Assembly: GCA_050250895.1 (NCBI GenBank)
Contig: JBFWNU010000001.1
Span: 872,008-936,007, forward strand
Direction: 5' to 3'
From: Vulcanimicrobiota bacterium
GTDB taxonomy: Bacteria; Vulcanimicrobiota; Xenobia; Xenobiales; JADMJV01
Length of the DNA stretch: 64,000 bases
Part shown: positions 19,421 to 28,479 of the stretch, piece by piece
Layout: each line of letters begins with the position of its first letter
Position numbering within the stretch: the first letter of the stretch is position 1
Notes under the pieces: generated by a model
What the model was told of the DNA's origin: nothing
Database searches by the model: none
The model's input: the letters and a program-made list of their open reading frames with translations, nothing else
Program-made: the position numbers and the translations under genes

Positions 19421-20062
19421 TTGCGCGAGCACAAGGTCGAACGGGCCCCTTATCGCTACAACCTCGACCAGCAGCTGATCTTCTGGCTCGACCCCCAAGA
19501 ACGACCGGTGGTCGTGGCCGACTGCAGGGCGATCCTCAGCTATGCGCTGTCGAACAACTCGGTGCTCATGGGCTGGGGCTGGCCCAATAGTTCGTGGGAA
19601 CAGGGCCACACCATCGCGCCTGTCGAGGGGATCGAGACCTATCAGCGCGACCTCACCCCCGAGAAGGTCTGGACCCTGGCCATGCAGGCGGGCGAGGCGG
19701 CGGCAGCCGACGCTCTGTTCAAAGCTCCTAATCCCCAGCGCTGGGTGATGCTGGCTCTGTGGAACCTGCGTCCCGCCGGCTCGGCTCGATTCGAGCCCGA
19801 GAACCCCACCGGCTATGTGCTCTCGGTGCTCGACAGCCTGCCTCGCCAGGCCGACCCTGAGCAACGCAAGGTCCTGGTTGGCAATTATGCCCGCGATTTT
19901 CTGCACATGGCCGAAAATGCCCATCGCCAGCCGCCTTTCGCCGAGATGCTCAAGGCCAGCGCCCACCAGATGCTGGGCTGGCTAGAAAGCGAGCAGTGGG
20001 AAGATCGCATGCAAGCCGAACTCGAGGGACTCAGAACCCCTTGGGAGCGCTCCTCGAGCTAA
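19421..20062 (+). CDS. hypothetical protein
   Basis: 213-aa ORF co-directional with valS; frame stays open upstream to a CTG at 19379. Confidence 0.65.
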   Translation: MREHKVERAPYRYNLDQQLIFWLDPQERPVVVADCRAILSYALSNNSVLMGWGWPNSSWEQGHTIAPVEGIETYQRDLTPEKVWTLAMQAGEAAAADALFKAPNPQRWVMLALWNLRPAGSARFEPENPTGYVLSVLDSLPRQADPEQRKVLVGNYARDFLHMAENAHRQPPFAEMLKASAHQMLGWLESEQWEDRMQAELEGLRTPWERSSS

Positions 20063-20186
20063 CTACGGGATCGCAGGTCGTGGGGGCGCGGCGCGTGGTC
20101 GAAGCGCAGGTCGGTGTGGCTCACCAGTGGGGCGGATCTGGCACCGGCACCACCTGGCATGCGGCGTCTTGAACTACGGTGGAACG

Positions 20187-20284
20187 ACCTTCCAGCCGCA
20201 CCGGCCTCAACCATGAAAATCGCTAGAGAGCCTACTCCCCCAAACTCTGCAACCCCTCCGCGAACTCAGCGTCCTCCGCGGTTT
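20187..20284. repeat. third, diverged copy of the 10.7-11.0 kb repeat
   Basis: ACCTTCCAGCCGCACCGGCCTCAACCAT..CTAGAGAGCCTACTCCCC..ACCCCTCCGCG..CCGCGGTT. Confidence 0.85.
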
Positions 20285-20319
20285 ATACCTCAAGCAAGCG
20301 CCCACGTTGTGTGATCGAG

Positions 20320-21093
20320 CTAGTTAGCTTTGGGGCGGGCTTCGATGTCGAAGTCTTCGAGGGTGGCGAAGCGTCGCTGGCCTACCTGGCCCGAAATGGC
20401 CGAGTCGATGAAGACCTCGACCCGTTCGCGACAATAGGTATCGAGGTTGGTGAATTCCATCCCGATGAGGTACTGCCCAAAGGCGTTCTCTTTCTGCCAG
20501 GACACTCGAGCCGTGACATCGATGGGTGGCTTGTCGTATTCGAGTAAGATCCGAAACGGAATATCGAGGTCCTCCGGCAAGGGAAACTCGTGGTTGATTC
20601 GCATGCCGGTAGTCGACAGGTCGAGGGTGAAAACGCCAAATTTTTGCTTGGTCGAGCCCAAGACCATCTCGACCACGAGAATACGCTCGAGTCGAAAAGC
20701 GCGCCGCTTGTTCTCGGGCGAGTAGCGCTCGAGAAAGCTCTTGAGGCGACTGGTGTCTTCGTCGCTGATGCCCTCGAACCGAAGCCCCAGCACGTGCATG
20801 CCGCCGATTAGCTCTTTGGCCCAGATGCGCTTGACCTGGACTTCGAGCTGCTCGTCGAGATGGAGCTTGAGCGGCACCGTAATCTCTTCGGGAAAATTGA
20901 AGTCGGTGTGAATGCGCATGCCACCTTCACTGAGGTCGTGAATGTGCACAAAGCAATGCTGCGAGGCACCATCGACGGTGACCTCGGCCGCAAAAATCTT
21001 CTTGACTTTGATCTTGCGTCGGGCGAGTTGCCGGCGTTCGTCGTCGTCTTCGTCTTCGACGAGGGAGCCGATCAAGTTGTCTGGTTCTGTCAT
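20320..21093 (-). CDS. tandem PilZ-domain protein
   Basis: two RxxxR..DxSxxG units: RRQLARR/DLSEGG and KRRAFR/DLSTTG. Confidence 0.88.
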   Translation of the reverse strand: MTEPDNLIGSLVEDEDDDERRQLARRKIKVKKIFAAEVTVDGASQHCFVHIHDLSEGGMRIHTDFNFPEEITVPLKLHLDEQLEVQVKRIWAKELIGGMHVLGLRFEGISDEDTSRLKSFLERYSPENKRRAFRLERILVVEMVLGSTKQKFGVFTLDLSTTGMRINHEFPLPEDLDIPFRILLEYDKPPIDVTARVSWQKENAFGQYLIGMEFTNLDTYCRERVEVFIDSAISGQVGQRRFATLEDFDIEARPKAN

Positions 21094-21219
21094 AACAGTC
21101 CCCCGAACTATGCGGCAGGGTTCGCGAAGCCAATCCTGAGTTCCTGGCCAAAGGGAGCATCTGAGGGCCTGCCGAAACCTTTTAGATTGCTATCTGTTCG
21201 ACCCTTGGAGGTCTCCCTG

Positions 21220-21600
21220 TTGAAAAGAATCACGACCGTCGCGCTGTTGCTGTGCATCCTGGTGGCTCCAGCCCTGGCTCTGGAAGATATCAACGAGCCC
21301 GGCAAGAAGACCAGTGTCAAGCAACACTTCGAAGAAGGCAAGAAGACCATGGTCTTCTTTTACGCCCGCTGGGACAAAACCGCCAACCGTCTTCAGGTCG
21401 AACTCGACCGGTTCGACAAAGTCGACGAAGAGTGGAAAATCCTACGCGTTCGATTGAAAACCCTCAAGGATCCGGTGGCCGGCCAGTATGCTATCAGCCA
21501 GGTACCTGCGTTTCTCCTCTACGACGAAAAGGGCAATCTGATGGCCCAGGGCGCTACGGCCTATAGCGAAGTCCTCAAAATGCTCGAAGCTAATCGATGA
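21220..21600 (+). CDS. exported thioredoxin-fold protein lacking CxxC
   Basis: GGAGG RBS + TTG; signal peptide; FYARWDKTA at the WCxxC position; YAISQVPAF cis-Pro loop. Confidence 0.7.
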   Translation: MKRITTVALLLCILVAPALALEDINEPGKKTSVKQHFEEGKKTMVFFYARWDKTANRLQVELDRFDKVDEEWKILRVRLKTLKDPVAGQYAISQVPAFLLYDEKGNLMAQGATAYSEVLKMLEANR

Positions 21601-22763
21601 CCGAACTGGCCAGTTGGCGCGCCGACACCCCCGGCTGCGCCCAGGTAGCCCATTTCAACAACGCCGGAGCAGCCTTGATGCCTGGTCCCGTCATTCGGGC
21701 GGTAAACGAGCATCTACAGCTGGAAGCCGAGCGCGGGGGGTACGAGGCGGCCCGTCGCCACCACGACCGACTCGAAGCGGTCTATGACTCGGTGGCCCGT
21801 CTTCTGGGCTGTGCACGCCACCAGGTGGCCCTGCTCGAAAATGCCACCCGCGCCTGGGACACGGTGTTCTATTCGCTGCCGCTGCGAGCGGGCGACCGCA
21901 TCCTCACCTCGGTCTCCGAGTATGCCAGCAACTACATCGCCTTTCTCCAGCGCGCCCGCCACACCGGAGCGTGCATCGAGGTCGTTCCCAACGACCGTCA
22001 CGGGCAACTCGACCTGGCCGCCCTGGCCGAGATGCTCGATGAGCGGGTTGTGCTAGTGGCCGTCAACCATGTTCCCACCAACAGCGGGTTGGTTCAACCG
22101 GCCGCGGCGATTGGTGCTCTGCTGGCCGACCATCCCGCCCTTTACCTTCTGGATGCCTGCCAATCGGTAGGCCAGATGCCCACCCAGGTGGACGATCTCG
22201 GCTGCGATTTTCTCTCGGCTACCAGCCGAAAATATCTGCGAGGCCCGCGAGGGGTTGGCTTTCTGTATGTCCGCCGACCGGCAGCCCTCGAGCCGGCCGT
22301 GTTGGACCTGCATGCAGCCCAGTGGACCGCGCCCCAAAGCTATACCATCCGAGAGGACGCGCGACGGTTCGAGACCTGGGAGGGATTCGTAGCCGGACGC
22401 CTGGGGTTGGGGGCGGCCGTCGACTACGCTCTCGAAGTGGGCCTGAAGCGAGCTTGGGCGCGCCTGTCGCGATTGGCCGAGCAACTCCGGAGCAAGCTGT
22501 CGCAGATAGAAGGAATTACCTTGACCGACTACGGCGAGAGACTGGGCGGAATCGTGACGTTCACTTGCGGTCTGGCTGCCGACGACCTCCGGGACCGCCT
22601 CGAGCGAGAAAACATCAATGTGTCGACCTGTTCTAACTTCTCCGCTCGCCTGGACATGGAGGGCAAAGGACTAGAAAGAGTAGTGCGGGCCTCGGTGCAT
22701 TACTACAACAGCGAGGACGAAATCGACCGATTGGCTCAAACTCTGAGTTTGCTCAGGGCCTGA
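21597..22763 (+). CDS. class V PLP-dependent enzyme (desulfurase/C-S lyase-like)
   Basis: HFNNAGA, LDACQSVG, ATSRKYLRGPRG (PLP Lys), RASVHYYNSEDEID. Confidence 0.88.
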   Translation: MTELASWRADTPGCAQVAHFNNAGAALMPGPVIRAVNEHLQLEAERGGYEAARRHHDRLEAVYDSVARLLGCARHQVALLENATRAWDTVFYSLPLRAGDRILTSVSEYASNYIAFLQRARHTGACIEVVPNDRHGQLDLAALAEMLDERVVLVAVNHVPTNSGLVQPAAAIGALLADHPALYLLDACQSVGQMPTQVDDLGCDFLSATSRKYLRGPRGVGFLYVRRPAALEPAVLDLHAAQWTAPQSYTIREDARRFETWEGFVAGRLGLGAAVDYALEVGLKRAWARLSRLAEQLRSKLSQIEGITLTDYGERLGGIVTFTCGLAADDLRDRLERENINVSTCSNFSARLDMEGKGLERVVRASVHYYNSEDEIDRLAQTLSLLRA

Positions 22764-23296
22764 CGGTGGCGGGGCCGCAAGCGCACCAATCGAACTCCGA
22801 GCTCGTAACCACCCTCAGAGGGCCGGCACCAGCGCACCTCTCCTCGGAGCTTAAGTTGACTGGAGGCGTCGAGATGCAACGAAAGCGGCACCAATACCCC
22901 TTCATCGACAGGCTCGCCGGCCTTGATGCGTAAGCCTTGGAGCGAGAAATCGCGGGCTTCCGCTATGCGACCCGGCAACTGCGCGGACGCCACCTTCAGA
23001 CTACACGGAATGCGGGGCACGGCCCGCCGCTCGGTCATCTGCTCTTGCAGAGATTGGCCCACAAACTCCCCACCCTGGCGTTCCTCAACCAGGAAAGTGC
23101 GCAGCGTCGAAGCCACGCCCTCGAAAGCCTTGACCCGACAAAAGCCGAGGCGGACTCTTCCCCTAATCACTCTGAACCGGACCCGGCCGCCGTCGGTTTC
23201 ATCGAGAATCTTGACGACCGGAACCAGAAAATCCCCAGTCCCTTCCATCTTGATAGTATAATCGGTTTGGTCAAATAGTTCAAATGTACCCCCCAA
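22736..23296 (-). CDS. PilZ-domain protein
   Basis: ERRAVPR..DFSLQGLRI..GEVRWCR..YELGV. Confidence 0.75.
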   Translation of the reverse strand: MGGTFELFDQTDYTIKMEGTGDFLVPVVKILDETDGGRVRFRVIRGRVRLGFCRVKAFEGVASTLRTFLVEERQGGEFVGQSLQEQMTERRAVPRIPCSLKVASAQLPGRIAEARDFSLQGLRIKAGEPVDEGVLVPLSLHLDASSQLKLRGEVRWCRPSEGGYELGVRLVRLRPRHRQALSKLRV

Positions 23297-23433
23297 AATG
23301 GGAACTTGCGATCCGAAAAGCGCGTTGTTGAGGCCGTCAAGGAGGGATCGTTCTGTCAGAACGATAACTAGTGCACCCCCGTTACCACTACCGTGCCCGC
23401 CGCCAGGCAGGCTCAGGAAAGGAACTCAGCAAA

Positions 23434-24573
23434 GTGAAATTTCCCCCATTCGATCTCCAGCGCCTCTTGAAAACGGTCTTCGAGCCAGCCAAAGGCGAAA
23501 AGGTCTGTATTCTGATCGACCTGGACGACCCCACCAAAGTCCGCGATTTCGCCTTTCTGAAAGACTCTCGCTGGAGCGTCCAAAAGATGGCCCACGACCA
23601 CTTCTATCAGGGCCTGAAAAACGGGGCTGCCGAAGCTCTTGGTCTGACCGGAGGCGAGCTTTTCTGCTATGAGATGACCGGCGGCAGCAACCTCGACCTG
23701 CCGGACCGGGCCGTGGCCGTCGACGGCACCGAACTTAGCCTGGAGAAGGACATTTACCCCAACTACGACCTGATTCTCTGCATCTCGACCTATTCGGCCA
23801 CCGCTCCGCTGACCGCCTCGGCCAAGCAGCACGGCTTCCGCGGGGCGACCCTGCACGGACTCAACGACATCATTCTCAATTCGGGTCTGGCCGTCGACTA
23901 CAACCAGGTGAGCGAGCAAGCCGAGCGCCTGCGCAAAGGCATGTCGGGTGCTGACGCGGTCGAGATCGACACCAGCGTGAACGGCAAGACCTATACCGTT
24001 CGCATCGAGTTGGGCAAGCAAGAAGCCCAAAAGAGCCACGGTCTGTGCCGCACCGGGCCCGACATCGCCAACCTTCCGGCTGGCGAGGTCTACTTTGTTC
24101 CTACGGGAGGCGAGGGCCAATTCCCCTTCAAGCTCGAAGACGGCAGCCTGGCCCTGCTCGAGGTCGAGGGTGGACGCGTGGTCGAAGTCGGCTTCCTGTC
24201 TGGCGACCAGACCGAGGTCGAGTCCTTCCGCCAGCGAATCCTAACCGACCCTGCCACCGGCTTTTTGGGCGAGCTGGGCTTCGGCACTCAGGAACTGCCC
24301 GTTTCTGGCCAGGACATTCAAGACGAGAAGATCTTCGGTACCTTCCACCTGGCCACCGGACGCAACGACCACCTCGGCGGAGACATTACCACCGACAAGT
24401 TCGAAGAGAAGAAGAACGCTTCGCACGACGACATCCTCTTCTCGCGCGAGAAGACTCCCGAGATCGGCGCCCCCAAAGTGCGTATGTATCGGGGAGACTC
24501 GGTGCAGGTGCTCTACGAGAACTATGGAGCAGGAGAGTATCTGAAATCGCTGGCCCATGGCCAACCCGTATGA
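23434..24573 (+). CDS. M29-like metallo-aminopeptidase
   Basis: NLPAGEVYFVP, GELGFGT, DEKIFGTFHLATG, HDD; GTG start after AGGA. Confidence 0.8.
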   Translation: MKFPPFDLQRLLKTVFEPAKGEKVCILIDLDDPTKVRDFAFLKDSRWSVQKMAHDHFYQGLKNGAAEALGLTGGELFCYEMTGGSNLDLPDRAVAVDGTELSLEKDIYPNYDLILCISTYSATAPLTASAKQHGFRGATLHGLNDIILNSGLAVDYNQVSEQAERLRKGMSGADAVEIDTSVNGKTYTVRIELGKQEAQKSHGLCRTGPDIANLPAGEVYFVPTGGEGQFPFKLEDGSLALLEVEGGRVVEVGFLSGDQTEVESFRQRILTDPATGFLGELGFGTQELPVSGQDIQDEKIFGTFHLATGRNDHLGGDITTDKFEEKKNASHDDILFSREKTPEIGAPKVRMYRGDSVQVLYENYGAGEYLKSLAHGQPV

Positions 24574-25312
24574 AACCGATAAGCTGGTAGCTGAATACCT
24601 GCTTCTTCACTACGGTGAACCGGCCCAGGTCTTCCCTTACGGCTTCGGCCCCAGGGAGGCCCTGGGCTTTCCCGTGCGCTGCGTCCACGAGTTGGCCCAG
24701 CCCCAGCCCGGCTCGACCGCACTGGAGTTGGGATGCGCGGTGGGGCGGGCCGCCTTCGAACTTTCGCGCACCTGCTCGAGAGTCGTGGCCATCGACTACT
24801 CTCAAGCCTTTATCCAGGCTGCCCAGAGAATGGCCTACCAGCGCGAAGTGGCCTTCCGGGTGCCCGATGAAGGCGAACTGACCACCGAGTGTCAGGCCCG
24901 GCTCTCGGATGAAATGCACCCCGAACGGGTCGAATTCGAGGTAGGCGACGCCACCGCTCTGCGGGCCGATCTGGGCAGTTTCGACCTGGTGCTGGCCGCG
25001 AATCTGCTGTGCCGGCTGCCGGATCCCCAGCGCTTGCTCAGCCGGCTGCCCGAACTAGTCAACCCGGGCGGCAGGTTGGTGATTACCTCACCCTACACCT
25101 GGATGGAAGAATACACTCCGCGTTCACGCTGGCTGGGCGGCTTTCACCGGGACGGCGAAGCGGTTCGCAGCCTGAGCAGCTTGCAAGCGGCTCTGGCCGA
25201 CAGCTTTCAACTCGACGAGACCCGGGACGTCCCGTTCTTGATCCGCGAGCATGCCCGCAAATACCAGTGGAGCGTGGCCCAGGCCAGCCTGTGGCGGCGG
25301 GCAGGAGCCTGA
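24557..25312 (+). CDS. SAM methyltransferase resembling the OvoA C-terminal (mercaptohistidine N-methyltransferase) domain
   Basis: NPYETDKLVAEYLLLHYG, ELGCAVGRAAFEL, IDYS..FI, NLLCRL, SPYTWMEEYTP..WLGG, PFLIREHARKYQ. Confidence 0.8.
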   Translation: MANPYETDKLVAEYLLLHYGEPAQVFPYGFGPREALGFPVRCVHELAQPQPGSTALELGCAVGRAAFELSRTCSRVVAIDYSQAFIQAAQRMAYQREVAFRVPDEGELTTECQARLSDEMHPERVEFEVGDATALRADLGSFDLVLAANLLCRLPDPQRLLSRLPELVNPGGRLVITSPYTWMEEYTPRSRWLGGFHRDGEAVRSLSSLQAALADSFQLDETRDVPFLIREHARKYQWSVAQASLWRRAGA

Positions 25313-25358
25313 CCCTTCTCGTCAGAAAACGTCCACCCAATGACGACGGGGGCTGGTT

Positions 25359-25757
25359 TTGAAAAAGGTTTACCCTGAGCGATACGACTACCTCGAGGTC
25401 ACCGAGGTTGGCAAAGAACTCTTCGTTTTCTGTCCCAGAGAGAACCAGGCCTATGCCATGAACCCCACGGCCGCCGAGTTCTTTGGCTGGTGCGATGGCC
25501 AGACCTCGGTGTCAGAGATGGAGCAACGCCTAGGGGGCGGCGAGCAAGCTCACGATCTGGCTCTATTGACTCTCGGCTCGCTGCGTTCGCAGGGGTTGAT
25601 CGCCATGGACGAGGGTAGCCTCAACCGCCGTGAGTTCTTGCTAAAGTGGGGCACGGCAGCGGCCGCCCTGCCGGTCGTCTCTTCGGTCTTCGTTCCCAAA
25701 GCCGCCGAGGCAGCCAGTGCCACCAGCTCCACCACTACCACGGAAACGCCTGCTTGA
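25359..25757 (+). CDS. PqqD/RRE domain fused to RR-motif segment and Ser/Thr-rich tail (putative precursor 1)
   Basis: EVGKELFVF..AYAMNPTAAEFFGWCDGQTSVSEM..L..QGLI (PqqD pattern), then LNRREFL..LPVVSSVFVPKAAEAA-SATSSTTTTETPA. Confidence 0.85.
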   Translation: MKKVYPERYDYLEVTEVGKELFVFCPRENQAYAMNPTAAEFFGWCDGQTSVSEMEQRLGGGEQAHDLALLTLGSLRSQGLIAMDEGSLNRREFLLKWGTAAAALPVVSSVFVPKAAEAASATSSTTTTETPA

Positions 25758-25838
25758 GCTAGAGCCATGTCTGATGGCAGGAGTCTGCCCCTCTCGTCAG
25801 AAGTCCTGCCGCAGACTGATGACTAAGGGGGTCTGGTT

Positions 25839-26273
25839 ATGAAACGCACTTTCCCTGAACGCTACGAATATCTCGAGGTTACCGAGGTCGGCGACGAACT
25901 CTTCGTTTTCAGCCCTAAAGAGAACCAGGCCTATTCTCTGAATCCCACTGCAGCCAAACTTTTTGGTTGGTGCGACGGCAAGACCTCGGTGCCAGAGATG
26001 GAGCAACGCCTCGGAGGCGACGAGCAAGCCCGGGACCTGGTGCATTTGACTCTTGGCACACTGGCTTCGCAAGGACTGATCGCGATGGACGAGGGCGGCC
26101 TCAACCGACGAGAGTTCTTGCAAAAGTGGGGGGCGGCTGTGGCCGCCCTACCGGTGGTGACTTCGGTCTTCGTGCCCAAAGCTGCCCGGGCCGCCAGTGC
26201 CACCACCACCACGAGCACCACCGAAGAAGCCACGACCACCGAAGAATCTACCACTACCACAGAACCGCCTTGA
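25839..26273 (+). CDS. PqqD/RRE domain fused to RR-motif segment and Thr/Glu-rich tail (putative precursor 2)
   Basis: close paralog of the previous gene; tail SATTTTSTTEEATTTEESTTTTEPP. Confidence 0.85.
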   Translation: MKRTFPERYEYLEVTEVGDELFVFSPKENQAYSLNPTAAKLFGWCDGKTSVPEMEQRLGGDEQARDLVHLTLGTLASQGLIAMDEGGLNRREFLQKWGAAVAALPVVTSVFVPKAARAASATTTTSTTEEATTTEESTTTTEPP

Positions 26274-26274
26274 G

Positions 26275-26934
26275 CTAAAAGCAATAGCCCAGATGAGCCA
26301 GTTCTCTCGCGAAGAGTTCCTCTACGTAGCGGCGGCTCTCGGGGGTAGGATACCACTTCATGTAGGGTTGCCGATCGCTGCGATATCTCGTCTTTGCTTT
26401 CGGTAGCTCGACTTGCGCCTCGATCCCGATCCGTTCAAGAGCCAGAGCCAGGTCGGCCTCGAGGTCCTCAAAGCGCCCGATGAAATCGACCGCCTGACGC
26501 CCCGCCAGACTCCAGATGTTCCAATCGGCCAACCTTCGGTAGCGACCCCGGGCGAGAAACTCTTGGAAGCTCAACCCTCTGGCGGCCCGAGAGCGTTGAA
26601 AGAAATAGCTCGAAACGAGCTTGTCAAAAGGATTTCTCTCAAAGCAAAACTTGAAGTAATCACTGAGAAACTCAATGCTCTCGCCTTGCGCCTTGAGCTT
26701 TTCGAGCACCTGCGCCAAGGTGACGTGAGCACGAAAGCGCAGGCGCCCCTCAGACGCCAGATGGTTCTGGGGCCCCGGATAGCCGAGCCGCCGCCGCAGA
26801 CGCTCATCCTCTGGACTGACTTCGGTGATGATATCCGCCGGCCCGCAAAACTGGGAAAGAAAGATCTCGATGCTCGTCCCAGCGGTCTTGTGGGTCTTGA
26901 GGAAAAGAAATTTATGCTTGTGGGACAAGATCAC
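26275..26934 (-). CDS. sulfotransferase family 2-like protein
   Basis: ILSHKHKFLFLKTHKTAGTSIE (5'-PSB), RNPFDKLVSSY (3'-PB), DFIGRFEDL. Confidence 0.88.
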   Translation of the reverse strand: MILSHKHKFLFLKTHKTAGTSIEIFLSQFCGPADIITEVSPEDERLRRRLGYPGPQNHLASEGRLRFRAHVTLAQVLEKLKAQGESIEFLSDYFKFCFERNPFDKLVSSYFFQRSRAARGLSFQEFLARGRYRRLADWNIWSLAGRQAVDFIGRFEDLEADLALALERIGIEAQVELPKAKTRYRSDRQPYMKWYPTPESRRYVEELFARELAHLGYCF

Positions 26935-27022
26935 TAGGGCGCCTTCCACGCCAAACTCGGTTGACCTTGGAGTTGGCCCTGGAAGGAACGGCTCATTCTC
27001 TCACAAAGGAGCGGAAACTACG

Positions 27023-27748
27023 ATGAGTTCGCGCAAATTTCGAGCCTATGGAGTGCCGTTCAGCATCGATGGTCCGGATTCGATCGAGCTGCCGGTAGGA
27101 ACCCAGGTCAGCTCGGAGGGGGTTGGCGTCGGTCTCCATTTTCAAATGCGGACCGAGGGCAAGGGTCGCGTTCTTTATCTCGATGGCCAAAGAATAGGGC
27201 GCCCCTATCGACGTCACGAGACTTTTCTCCGTCACGCAGCCAGAAAAGTCGAGTTTCAAATCGCCCTGCGGGCCCCCGACCTGGTCTTCGTTCACGCGGG
27301 GGTGGTCGAGTGGAGCGGTCTCGGTTGGTTGCTTCCGGGCTCTTCAAGGGCCGGCAAGAGCACCCTGGTGGACGCTCTCTTGCGAGCGGGGGCAACCTAC
27401 TATTCGGATGAGTTTGCCCTCATCGACGAACACGGTCTGGTGCACCCCTACCCTCGCCCCCTCAAGCTTCGCAACGGCACTCCCACCGCAGCCGCGAAGC
27501 TGGCCGACAAGCCTCTGGTAGTCGATAGGGTGCTGGTGACCGAGTTCGAACCAGGCGCGGCCTGGCAGCCTGTTTCCCTGAGCCCGAGCGAGGTCTGCGT
27601 TCAGCTGATGGCCCACACCCTCACGGCTCGTCGACACCCCGGTCGGGCCATGGCCTTTTTGGCCAGATTGGCCCAAGGCGCCCGAGGCTTTCAGAGTCTT
27701 CGCGGTGAGGTGGTCGAGACCGTCGAACGCTTGAAGGACCTGACATGA
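27023..27748 (+). CDS. HPr kinase-related P-loop kinase
   Basis: AAGGAG RBS; FVHAGVV..LPGSSRAGKSTL..GATYYSDEFALID..PYPRPL. Confidence 0.85.
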   Translation: MSSRKFRAYGVPFSIDGPDSIELPVGTQVSSEGVGVGLHFQMRTEGKGRVLYLDGQRIGRPYRRHETFLRHAARKVEFQIALRAPDLVFVHAGVVEWSGLGWLLPGSSRAGKSTLVDALLRAGATYYSDEFALIDEHGLVHPYPRPLKLRNGTPTAAAKLADKPLVVDRVLVTEFEPGAAWQPVSLSPSEVCVQLMAHTLTARRHPGRAMAFLARLAQGARGFQSLRGEVVETVERLKDLT

Positions 27749-28479
27749 CAGGCGAGCAGGTCAGGCTGCTGGTGCTGGGGGCGCCCCGGTCGGGGACCAC
27801 CCTGGTCACGGCCATGCTCGCCTGCCATCCCGAGATCGCCATGCTCAACGAGGATCTCAACGGTTCTATCAGGCTCTTGCTGTCCAAGCGTGTGGTGGGC
27901 AACAAGCTGTGCGTCCCTAATCAGATCGGGCTAGAGCCTCCGGGACACTTCGAGGCTATGGCCCGTCGTTTCTATTTCCGTCACCAGGCGGTCAGAAAAT
28001 TGGCGCGACGACTGGGTCTGGGCTGGTGGAACCCGATGTCCAGGCTGCCCCTGCGGGGCTATCTTCGCTTGCCGGGCAGCCGGGTGCTGGGCATCCTGCG
28101 CCACCCGGGGGCCGTGATTCCGTCGATCATGCGTCGCGGCGGACAGCCAGAGTGGGTGGCCCGGCGGCGATGGAACCAGGCTGTCGACATTCTAGCCCGT
28201 TTGAGACAGACCATCCCCGACCGTTGTATCCTGCTTTCCTTTGAAGAGCTACTCGAGAACCCACCGGTCGTGTTGGACCGGCTGCTCGAGCGGCTCGATT
28301 GTGCCTATGACCCACGGGTTTTGTTCGGTTTCGCGCATACCCGTAACTATCAAAACACCAGTCTGGATCGCTCGAAGATCGTGCCCGAATGGTCCGACGA
28401 CCAATGCGGCGGGCTCCGAAACTGGCGCCTCTACCAGGATTTGAAAGGCCTAACCATCGGCCACGAGAAGGATGCCTAG
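27745..28479 (+). CDS. sulfotransferase
   Basis: LGAPRSGTTL..HPEI..LNE, LRHP..VIPS, SFEELLENP. Confidence 0.85.
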   Translation: MTGEQVRLLVLGAPRSGTTLVTAMLACHPEIAMLNEDLNGSIRLLLSKRVVGNKLCVPNQIGLEPPGHFEAMARRFYFRHQAVRKLARRLGLGWWNPMSRLPLRGYLRLPGSRVLGILRHPGAVIPSIMRRGGQPEWVARRRWNQAVDILARLRQTIPDRCILLSFEELLENPPVVLDRLLERLDCAYDPRVLFGFAHTRNYQNTSLDRSKIVPEWSDDQCGGLRNWRLYQDLKGLTIGHEKDA

